DNA from: Macrostomum lignano
Lineage: Eukaryota
Length of the DNA stretch: 64,000 bases
NCBI GenBank assembly: GCA_002269645.1
Contig: NIVC01001199.1
Coordinates: forward strand, 124,001-188,000
Reading direction: 5' to 3'
The notes beneath the pieces were generated by a model, which was given only the letters and a program-made list of their open reading frames with translations, had not been told where the DNA came from and did not search any database. A program made the translations under genes and the position numbers. Below, in pieces: positions 1 through 10,900 of the stretch (position 1 is the stretch's first letter; each line of letters opens with the position of its first letter).

Positions 1-136
1 CAATGTGACCCTCATGTGACTGTGCAATGTGACCCTCATGTGACTGCAATGTGACCCTCATGTTACTCTGCAATGTGACCCTCATGTGACTGTGCAATGT
101 GATCCTCAGGTGACTGTGGAATGTGACCCTCACTTG
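1..136. repeat. ~24-bp tandem repeat (CAATGTGACCCTCATGTGACTGTG), runs off window edge
   Basis: Directly visible tandem copies. Confidence 0.9.
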
Positions 137-365
137 TAAAAACCACAATCCAAAACAAAAAAGATTGAACACATTTTGTTAATAAAAAATACTGATCACT
201 TGAATATATATTTATTATTCTACTATGATGGAAATGATTTCGGCAAACAATTTAGCTACAAAGACTAAAAATCAACAGATAAAACGGTCAATTAGAGACT
301 ACTACCAACTGTCGAATGAGTAGTAAAACTAGCACATATAGGCAGAAATATGCAGAATAAAGGCA

Positions 366-3300
366 TCAAATGCTAAGCATCGGAGTCAAGCCAACCAGTC
401 GCATAGCGGAGGCCAGCACCGACCGGGTCGAGTTAAACAGCGCCAATCGGCCAATCGCGCCGCTATCTTTGGCGCATGTCAGCACGGGTAGGACACGCAG
501 ACAGGCATTTGCGCGCGACACCAATCTATTAGTGTAGGCCACTAATACGCATGGCTCGTACGTTAGAAAGGCTTCTAGAGCCGTGTCCGGATAGGCTAGC
601 AATTGCTCGGCCAGTTCGTTAGCCGCTGTAGCAGCCTTGGGCCCAACTAAATTCAATGCCAGATCGATACTACTGCCATCGTCTGGGCTGCTGATACCGG
701 CTTTGGCTGCTTTGCTGGCGAGGCTGCACAGCCTGCAAGGGTTTGGGGCTGGTTGCTTTTTTCTCTCACCAGAGGTCTTCAGGGGCTGATGCTACTGCTA
801 TCCCTTGGGTCTTCAGGGCTGATCCTACTGCTATCCCCCGGGTCTTCAGGGGCTGATGCTACTGCTATCCCTTGGGTCTTCAGGGCTGATCCTACTGCTA
901 TCCCCCGGGTCTTCAGGGGCTGATGCTACTGCTATCCCCCGGGTCTTCAGGGGCTGATGCTACTGCTATCCCTTGGGTCTTCAGGGGCTGATGCTACTGC
1001 TATCCCCCGGGTCTTCAGGGGCTGATGCTACTGCTATCCCCCGGGTCTTCAGGGCTGATCCTACTGCTATCCCCCGGGTCTTCAGGGGCTGATGCTACTG
1101 CTATCCCCCGGGTCTTCAGGGGCTGATGCTACTGCTATCCCCCGGGTCTTCAGGGGCTGATGCTACTGCTATCCCCCGGGTCTTCAGGGGCTGATGCTAC
1201 TGCTATCCCTTGGGTCTTCAGGGGCTGTTGTTACTGTCTGTTCACCGGGTCTTCAGGGGCTGATGCTACTGCTATCCCCCGGGTCTTCAGGGGCTGATGC
1301 TACTGCTATCCAATGGGTGTTCAGGGACCCTGCTACATATCTACCCGGCCCATGACCGTCAGGTAAGCTACTTCTGTTCTCTCAGTCATTTAATCGCACC
1401 TGGCATGGCAGTACTGAGCGCCAACAGCCGAATTATCGCTGTCCCAGCTGAACTTAACCGGCTGCAGCCGGCGCACTCGCATCATCTCCATGGCAACGAC
1501 GCTGGCGGCTAGCCTATCAGCAATCGATGAAGCGTCGGACCCGTCGATTCGTCGATTTGGCGACGCTTTCGATCTTTCGAGCATCCTGGCTTGGCCAACG
1601 TCGAGTATGTCGCGGAGCAGTACCACTCCGCCGGAGCCGCTCCGCCTGGTGCTCATGCCTTCCACTCGGCCGAATTCGACGTGCATCGGCCAGGGTGACG
1701 GATTGGCCAGGTCCGGACGGCCCAGGGCGGTCAGGGCGCGGCCAAGACGGTCAAAGTGCAGCCGCTGGGCCGATTCGACAACGTAGTGGGCGCGTCCACA
1801 GCCCAGATTGTCGGCTCTGCATTGGATAGAATAGATTTTCTAAGGCTATTGAAACTTTTCTAAGGCTTAGACTTTTCAAATACTCGTAGCTATTAAATAC
1901 GGGACGCTTCTAAATACGCTCGTTTTCTCTTATTCTCTTATTATTTCATCAGAATAGAAAAAGGAGCCGATAAGGTAGGGAGAGGGGAAGGAGACAGAGA
2001 GGAGGGAGAAGAGCTGGGAGGAGAAGAGAGGGGGAAGGGAAGGAGAGGGGGGAGAAGAGAGGGGAAGGGAAGGAGAGGGGGAGGGAGAAGAGAGGGGAAG
2101 GGAAGGAGAGGGGGAGGGAGAAGAGAGGGGAAGGGAAGGAGGGGGAGGGAGAAGAGAGGGGAGGGGAAGGAGGGGGAGGGAGAAGAGAGGGGAGGGAAGG
2201 AGAGGGGGAGGGAGAAGAGAGGGGAAGGGAAGGAGGGGGAGGGAGAAGAGAGGGGAAGGGAAGGAGGGGAGGGAGAAGAGAGGGGAAGGGAAGGAGGGGA
2301 GGGAGAAGAGAGGGGAAGGGAAGGAGGGGGAGGGAGAAGAGAGGGGAAGGGAAGGAGGGGGAGGAGAAGAGAGGGGAGGGGAAGGAGGGGGAGGGAGAAG
2401 AGAGGGGAAGGGAAGGAGGGGGAGGGAGAAGAGAGGGGAGGGAAGGAGAGGGGGAGGGAGAAGAGAGGGGAAGGGAAGGAGGGGGAGGGAGAAGAGAGGG
2501 GAAGGGAAGGAGGGGGAGGGAGAAGAGAGGGGAAGGGAAGGAGGGGGAGGGAGAAGAGAGGGGAAGGGAAGGAGGGGGAGGGAGAAGAGAGGGGAGGGAA
2601 GGAGAGGGGAGGGAGAAGAGAGGGAAGGGAAGGAGGGGGAGGGAGAAGAGAGGGAAGGGAAGGAGGGGGAGGGAGAAGAGAGGGGAGGGAAGGAGGGGGA
2701 GGGAGAAGAGAGGGGAAGGGAAGGAGGGGGAGGGAGAAGAGAGGGGAGGGAAGGAGAGGGGGAGGGAGAAGAGAGGGGAAGGGAAGGAGGGGGAGGGAGA
2801 AGAGAGGGGAAGGGAAGGAGAGGGGGAGGGAGAAGAGAGGGGAAGGGAAGGAGGGGGAGGGAGAAGAGAGGGGAGGGAAGGAGAGAGACTGAAAGAGCTG
2901 GAGGCGATAAGGTAGAAGGGAGATAAGAAGAATTTAGCGAGTCTTACTCATGTGCAGCAATAACAATTTACTAGAAAGCTATCACAACACAAACAAGCGC
3001 ACCTATCCAGAGCAGCCAGCAGGTCTCTGCCAAAGTACAGCGAGCTGCCGTCCCGCTTCTGCACCACAGCCTCGTCGTCGGCGCTGTCGGCAAGCCGGAG
3101 CAGTTTGGCTCCGTCCGGCGCCGCAGCTAACAGGCCGCGCCGATCTAGCAGAGCCAGCAGTTTGCCAGTCTGCTTGGCATAATCGGACTCGAACTCGAGC
3201 CGGTCAAAGCTGACTGACAGGCGCCGATAGCAGGCGTCCAGTTCGGCCAGTGAGTGCCGTTTGGCTAAGCGCCAAAGCCGCATAGCTTGCGGCTCGCCGG

Positions 3301-4681
3301 ATTCTAAACGGGCGTAGGCGGATTCGACCGCTTCGGCTGGCAGTTCGGTGCCGGCCCTGGCGTACACGGACTGCATGTGCTGCACCGCCAGCCGGCTGAC
3401 CTGCTCTGACACCTGCGCGTGCGGGACAGGCGACACTATCTGCGACATCAGCTAAAGGCTCCAGTCTCCGCCATCACCTAAGGGTTCCAGTCTCCGACAT
3501 CAGCTAAGGGTTCCAGTCTTTCCGACATCACTTAAGGGTTCCAGTCTCTCCGACATCACCTAAGGGTTCCAGTCTCTCCGACATCACCTAAGGGTTCCAG
3601 TCTCCGACATCAGCTAAGGGTTCCAGTCTCCGACATCAGCTAAGGGTTCCAGTCTCCGACATCAACTAAGGGTTCCAGTCTCCGACATCAGCTAAGGGTT
3701 CCAGTCTCCGACATCAACTAAGGGTTCCAGTCTCCGACATCAGCTACGAATTTCATTCTCCGACATCAGCTAAGGTTTTCAGTCTCCGGCATCACCTAAG
3801 GGTTTGAGTCTCCGACATCAGCTAAAGGTTCCAGTCTCCGACATCAGCTAATGGCTCCAGTCTCCGACATCACCTAAGGGTTCCAGTCTCCGACATCACC
3901 TAAGGGTTCCAGTCTCCGACATCAGCTAAGGTTTTCAGTCTCCGACATCAGCTAAGGGTTCCAGTCTCCGACATCAGCTAAGGTGTTCAGTCTCCGACAT
4001 CACCTAAGGGTTCCAGTCTCCGACATCAGCTAAGGTTTTCAGTCTCCGACATCAGCTAAGGGTTCCAGTCTCCGACATCAGCTAAGGTTTTCAGTCTCCG
4101 ACATCAGTTAAGGGTTCCAGTCTCCGACATCAGTTAAGGGTTCCAGTCTCCGACATCAGTTAAGGGTTCCAGTCTCCGACATCAGTTAAGGGTTCCAGTC
4201 TCCGACATCAGCTAAGGGTTCCAGTCTCCGACATCAATCAGGAATCAGTCTCCAGCATTATTTCAAGAATAATGCTATTCCATAAGGCCCCAATATCCAG
4301 CAGGCTTACCTGTTGATCATCCTCCGACCCAAGCAGCTCAGGCCGTCCAAAGCTCTCCATCCCAGCCAGCAGCAGGGCGAACTGCCTGCCCCAATCGCCC
4401 AGATAATTAATCCCAATAACCCGATGCCCGAATGCTCTATTAATCTGCACCACAAAATTGCCCAACACCGTGGCTCGAAGATGACCAGCGTGCAAAGGTT
4501 TGGCCACATTGACCGAGCTGAAATCCACAAACACTGGCGCCGATTGCGGCCCCGGCTGGGGCAGCTGGCATCGCGCACCGCGCCATTCAACGCTGACAGG
4601 CTGGGCCAGGCCGTAGGCGGGTCCGGCTCGGATTACAGCCGAAACCGCATCGCTGACGCGCTTGGCTACCGGCGCCGACAT
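366..4681 (-). CDS. RARS2: Arginyl-tRNA synthetase, mitochondrial type (4 exons: 4681-4310, 3412-3003, 1816-1400, 732-366; ~521 aa)
   Basis: Class I HIGH region FSSVNVAKPLHAGHLRATVLGN, INYLGDWGRQF, KRDGSSLYFGRDL, KMSKS-equivalent GMSTRR, QYCHARLCS and C-terminal RLALFNSTRSVLASAMRLVGLTP. All introns are GT-AG with matching phases (0,2,2). The joined CDS is 1566 nt with no stop. The exon 2 acceptor could alternatively lie 12 nt further in. Confidence 0.93.
773..1312. repeat. 33-34-bp minisatellite in RARS2 intron 3
   Basis: GGGTCTTCAGGGGCTGATGCTACTGCTATCCCCC, ~15 copies. Confidence 0.95.
1985..2890. repeat. ~30-bp pure-purine minisatellite in RARS2 intron 2
   Basis: GGGAGAAGAGAGGGGAAGGGAAGGAGGGGA-type units. 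Confidence 0.95.
3445..4236. repeat. 26-bp minisatellite in RARS2 intron 1
   Basis: CAGCTAAGGGTTCCAGTCTCCGACAT, ~30 copies. Confidence 0.95.
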
Positions 4682-5297
4682 TCAATGTAAAATTGATATT
4701 AATTTAGAGCTAATATTCGCTCAGCTTACAGAAAGTAGAAATAAGGACATTTATGTCGTTCTTAAAGAAAAATAATAATGAAAATTAAAAAATGGCGGTG
4801 CAAGTATTCGAAAGTATGTTATTATTTACTAGAGTCGCTACAGATAAAGAAATTAAAGGATTATAACACACAGCCTAATACGTGAACTTTAGAGAATGTT
4901 CCAGTTGCTTTAATTTATTTTATTGTCTAATGTTTCCGCCCAAAGCACAAACACAGATGTATAAAAGTGCAGAAAAAATAAACAGAAAAAACGGAAAGCA
5001 CATATCGCAAAACAAAAAATAAAAAACATAAATTTCTACAATTTGTGCAGGCAAGGTAAAAAAACTATTAAAAACGGTAGGACTAGATTACATCATATAA
5101 GATTTTAAGGCACATAGTTTGGACTTCGACAATATGTCACTAATGGCATGGCAAAAGTTGTTAGAAATCGTGCCAATATCTGTCAGATATGGTGCCAATA
5201 TCTTCTAGACATGGTGTCAATATCTGTTAGATATAGTGCCAATATCTTTTAGACATGGTGTCAATATCTGTCAGATATAGAGCCAATGTATGCTACA

Positions 5298-6632
5298 TAG
5301 GGTGCCAGATCAATTATCAAATCGACAGGGTGCCAGATCAATTATCAAATCGACAGGGTGCCCAGATCAATTATCAAATCGACAGGGTGCCCAGATCAAT
5401 TATCAAATCGACAGGGTGCCAGATCAATTATCAAATCGACAGGGTGCCCAGATCAATTATCAAATCGACAGGGTGCCAGATCAATTATCAAATCGACAGG
5501 GTGCCAGATCAATTATCAAATCGACAGGGTGCCAGATCAATTATCAAATCGAAAGGGTGCCCAGATCAATTATCAAATCGACAGGGTGCCCAGATCAATT
5601 ATCAAATCGACAGGGTGCCCAGATCAATTATCAAATCGACAGGGTGCCCAGATCAATTATCAAATCGACAGGGTGCCCAGATCAATTATCAAATCGACAG
5701 GGTGCCCAGATCAATTATCAAATCGACAGGGTGCCCAGATCAATTAAACAGGGTGCCCAGATTAATAAGACAGGGTGCCCAGATCAATTAAACAGGGTGC
5801 CCTGATCAATTAAACAGGGTGCCCAGATCAGTTAGACAGGGTGCCCAGATCAGTTAGACAGGGTGCCCAGATCAGTTAGACAGGGTGCCCAGATCAGTTA
5901 GACAGGGTGCCCAGATCAGTTAGACAGGGTGCCCAGATTAATAAGACAGGGTGCCCAGATCAATTAGACATTGTGCCCAGATCAATTAGACAGGGTGCCC
6001 AGATCAATTAAACAGGGTGCCCAGATTAATAAGACAGGGTGCCCAGATCAGTTAGACAGGGTGCCCAGATCAGTTAGACAGGGTGCCCAGATCAGTTAGA
6101 CAGGGTGCCCAGATCAATTAGACAGGGTGCCCAGATCAGTTAGACAGGGTGCCCAGATCAATTAGACAGGGTGCCCAGATCAATTAGACAGGGTGCCCAG
6201 ATCAATTAGACAGGGTGCCCAGATCAATTAGACAGGGTGCCCAGATCAGTTAGACAGGGTGCCCAGATCAGTTAGACAGGGTGCCCAGATCAGTTAGGCA
6301 GGGTGCCCAGATCAATTAGGCAGGGTGCCCAGATCAATAAGACAGGGTGCTCAGATCAATTAGACAGGGTGCCCAGATCAATAAGACAGGGTGCCCAGAT
6401 CAATTAGACAGGGTGCCCAGATCAATTAGACAGGGTGCCCAGATCAATTAGGCAGGGTGCCCAGATCAATAAGACAGGGTGCCCAGATCAATTAGACAGG
6501 GTGCCCAGATCAATAAGACAGGGTGCCCAGATCAATTAGACAGGGTGCCCAGATCAATTAGACAGGGTGCCCAGATCAATTAGACAGGGTGCCCAGATCA
6601 ATTAGACAGGGTGCCCAGATCAATTAGGCAGG
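5298..6632. repeat. Minisatellite switching from a 28-29-bp unit to a 22-bp unit
   Basis: CAGGGTGCCCAGATCAATTATCAAATCGA, then CAGGGTGCCCAGATCAATTAGA. Confidence 0.95.
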
Positions 6633-7255
6633 GTACCAATACTTATCGGATTCGAATTTGATGCTGCCAAATATTTGTGCTCGACTACAGCAAATCGAAC
6701 TTCTACGATGGACACAATAGAAAGTCATAATAAACTTTCTTTTTAATTCCATACCCAACGTGCATAAAAGGTCAATAATATAAAATAAAGGCTCAATAGG
6801 CAGACTATGCATACTAATCCATCATGATCAGACAATATATTTAGCGTGAGATTACGTAACAACAGTACAAAGCGTGTGTACTCATGGCGCCAAAACATAA
6901 AACTGAAATCTGAAATCTATCGCATACCTACCTACCTACCCACATACAGACAACTCATTTTTAGTATATAGGATATATTGTAATACGTGCGATATTCAAT
7001 TGCACTTTAAAATTCTTTGTAATAGGTCCTAATTTGAAACGAGCATAGAAAACACGGTTAAACAGCGCACGTCAGGTACGTTCAGGTAGTCAATAAGACA
7101 AAACAAATGCGCAAACCAACTTTTGGCCCGCATTGGAGGAATTTGAATACGGAAATCCTATGTCTCTTAGCTCGTAATTAATCCTAACGGACATGACCTT
7201 TCCCGATGAAAACGGTACTCCGGCCAAGAAGCGTCTCGGAGTCACTTGCGTCGCT

Positions 7256-7560
7256 CCAGGTAATAATAATAATAATAATAATTGATTACACCTGCCATAA
7301 ATTGATTACACCTCCCCTTCAGATGCGCGCGCGGCGCATCTGAAGGCTGCGTACTGGACTGGGGGGGGGGGTTGACACACCCTCTCAATCACCCCAGCCA
7401 ATGCTGGCACCCATTTTACAGCTGGGTGAACTGAAGCAATGCAGAGTTAAGCGTCTTCTTGCTCAATCACACAAATAGTTTCGAGTCGGTCGAGAATCGA
7501 ACCCAGGACCTTCCAGTCATGAGTCCGACGCTCTAACCACTAGGCTACAACCCCCAGGTA
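7256..7560 (-). mobile_element. tRNA-derived SINE with CORE-like central domain, (ATT)n tail and candidate 7-bp TSD CCAGGTA
   Basis: Minus strand: GGGGGTTGTAGCCTAGTGGTTAGAGCG (A box), GGTTCGATTC (B box), CORE-like ...GAGCAAGAAGACGCTTAACTCTGCATTGCTTCAGTTCACCCAGCTGTAAAATGGG, hairpin at 7316-7346, (ATT)n tail. CCAGGTA occurs at 7256-7262 and 7554-7560. A second copy is at 59674-59970. Confidence 0.85.
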
Positions 7561-7915
7561 GCACTGTGCAGGAAACACAGGTAAAATAGGAAAGAAGTGA
7601 CACTAGACGACTCTAAAACGACAAGATGTCACGGTACAAGTCATCAAAGAGTCGCCAAAAAGTAAATTTGAGGAGTTTTATTATCTGCGACTCTGAAAAT
7701 ACTCTGGGGCCGTAGACTCGTATCTGAGGCGTGCTGGAGTCGCTGCAGAATTGCATCTCGCATTTACTACAGCTCTATTTGGTCTACTTGAGTTAGTAGA
7801 AAGTTAAGCGCTAACAGAAGCCTCTCCGTCGCATTGCAGTCGTTTGAGTCGTTAAAATCGACTTCTGCAGCCTTGATTTACAGTAGTACTCAAATTCAAA
7901 AATTGCCCCGGAGGC

Positions 7916-10900
7916 TCAGACATAGTCTCCTCCGCGAGTCCCGGCTATTACAGTCTGAATGCTAACCCCGGACGCGTCGCTATCCATTGTCATGTAGAGC
8001 CGGCCCTCCTCATTGTCGCTATTATTGCCATCTTCATCACTAGAATCCGCCGCATAATTATTGTTGTCCTCTTCATCTTCAGCATCATCTACGGATAGTA
8101 AGCGAAGATTAACACCGGAGCGCAGCAGTCTGGGCGTCCGCTCGGCCGATTCTAAATCGCTGCTCCGCACGCTAGCCGAATCGTCGCCTAAATCGTCGAG
8201 ATTTCCGTCGTCGTCCTCTTTAGTGTCTACTCTGCAGGCAACAGCAACAGCGACAGGAGCCTCTGAGTCGGCTACAACGCAGTCGGTGATGGTCTCGCAC
8301 GATGACGATGTTGAATAATTGCCTACAGACGACCGGTTGTTAAGATCGCCCCTAGCAACTGGCACAGACGGACCTGTTGAATTGGACATTGCAGCCGCAA
8401 TGCACGCGAAATTAACTCGCGGCCTGGGCAAAATATCGTCGAACGGACGCCGGCGACCGGCTTCCTCATCCGGGAACAGGTAGTAGCAGTAGCCGAACAG
8501 GTCCGACAGGGGCCGGTTGGCGGGAGCGGGCGCCGCGCCGGAGCGCCGGTAGCCGCCGCCGGAGCTGCTTAACTCAGACAGAGATGAGGAAGCCACCGAT
8601 GCTAAAGATAAGGATTCGGGCGTTGCTATGGGCGCCTGGCCGTTCGAATACGGCATACTGGACGCTGACGGTGGCAAGCCGAAATTTCGAAGCACGGAGG
8701 CTGGCACAGTGTGCGAATGCGGCATCATCGACAGCAGGGCGGAGGCCGAAGCTGCCGCCGGTTCGGCTGTCGAGCTGATGATCATTTTGTCACCTGCGGC
8801 GGCGCCGTTGGAATCGATCGGCGCACCCATAATCGACGAAGAAAGAAGGTCGCTATCGATATCCGACTCTACCGACATTTGAGACGGCGACGAAGCCAAA
8901 TTGTTTTGCTGAACAATTGAATAATTTCTTTTGTCCTCTGTCTCGCTGCCGGCCCCGCAGTCTGTCTGAATCACTAGGCGTCGTTCGATCGAGGTCGCAG
9001 CAGCAGCGAAACTTTGCGCCGCTGGACGAAGTGTGCCTGGAGAGCCGCGCGGCGACGGCTGCAATCTGTCGTAGTCGGAGAGGACGGCGGCCAAGGCGAA
9101 CTGGGCGTAGCCAAGCGAGTGATCGCGCAGCATAGACGGAGAGGAGAGTATCTGTAGAAATGGGTAAACGGCATGAGCAACTATGACAGTCTCTTCAGGC
9201 TAAAAAGCCTCGTCACCTAATTAGTATTGAATAATTCTAACTTGCCTCGTCAAAATCGGTGCCGTCGGCTTTCAAAGCGTGAAACACCGGCTTGCCGTCG
9301 GTATTTCGAGCACGGACTACGTGCAGCACCCGGCCTGGCAACTGCAGAGCCGGATACGTCCTCGGCGACGCCGAGTCGGATGACGACATTGCGGCGTTGG
9401 TGTCGGCCAACTCGTCTCCAGGCGACGCATTCAGGGTATCCTCTGACTCTTGCAGTTGCTTGTGACGGCTATTGCAACAGCAGAGAGACAAACGGCGGCT
9501 GGCTGAAATTTATAGGAGAAAACCGCCCACTTCACTCCCTGATGACTCGGACACACCCACCTCCCACCCTGGAGACTCGGACGCACCCACCTCACCCAAC
9601 GACTCGGACACGCCCACCTCACTCCCTGATGACTCGGACACACCCACCTCCCACCCTGGAGACTCGGACACGCCCACCTCACTCCCTGATGACTCGGACA
9701 CGCCCACCTCACTCCCTGATGACTCGGACACGCCCACCTCACTCCCTGATGACTCGGACACGCCCACCTCACTCCCTGATGACTCGGACACGCCCACCTC
9801 ACTCCCTGATGACTCGGACACGCCCACCTCACTCCCTGATGACTCGGACACGCCCACCTCCCTCCCTGATGACTCGGACACGCCCACCTCACTCCCTGAT
9901 GACTCGGACACGCCCACCTCACTCCCTGATGACTCGGACACGCCCACCTCCCTCCCTGATGACTCGGACACGCCCACCTTCCTCCCTGATGACTCGGACA
10001 CGCCCAACTCACTCCCTGATCAGTGAGATCCTTACCAAGCCAATGTCCGCCAATGACGCTCCACCGGTGCGCTCGGCAGCCATTCAGAAGCCGCACCATT
10101 CTACGACGCAGCGTCGCAACCTGCGCCAAACCCAGTCGAGCGACGGCATCCCGTCCGATGACAACGGCGGTAGAGAACCGTCTGGCTAGCGTGGCCGCCT
10201 CCCGGCCGAGTAAACCACCGGGCGGCGCCAGAGCCGTTACGCGCGATCGGCTGGCCCAAGCCTCGCCGCGCGCCAGCGCCATCAAAGTGAGTATGACCGC
10301 GGCGCCGCCGCCAACGCCATGACCGGTGAGCATCACTTCAACGAAGCTCGACTCAACGTTTACATCGCCGGCAGCAGCCGCCGCAGTCTCCAGTACGCGA
10401 TGGCGCGCCAATTCGGCGCCTAGTTGAATAGCGGCGCCAATTGACCCCGCGTGGCCCAGCCACTCGGCGCCGCCGTCAACGCCGGCCGGAAGCGGTATCG
10501 GCGCAACTCCGCTCTCCAGCTCGCTCATTGAAGGCATCCTCAGCGTACTACTAGCGCTAGTAGTAGTAGACGAAGCGACAGTAACGCTTGGCGCTACAAC
10601 TACAAAAATATTCCGCGTGAAAGCGTCGTAGCCGGCAAAACAATTGCGGCTGGCGTAGGTTAACCGAAAGCGGGCGTCGCTAACGCCTTGTCGATTTAAA
10701 CTGTGCCGAACTGCGCCGGTGACGCTACGGTTGCCATGACAACAACAGGCTTCGGCAACCAGTATTAGCTTGGCGCAGTACAAAGCCAATTCAATTTCGA
10801 TTTGTCGGTCGGATTGGCCAAGTTGAAGAATCGCGTGGCCGAGTAGATAGGCCGGCCGGACATGTAGTCCAGCACGCGCTTGGAGCCCTCCTAGGTTCGG

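Noticed and set aside
7480-7555. tRNA-Met-like gene (and 59674-59735)
   Set aside because: The anticodon stem does not pair, there is no acceptor-stem closure, and it runs straight into CORE-like SINE body and tail.
9431-10035. ORF reading through the 30-bp repeat as (HQGVRWACPS)n in the lipase
   Set aside because: Bounded by a GTAAG donor (10035) and a CAG acceptor (9503) that restore DAGL homology; retention would frameshift and lose the catalytic His exon.
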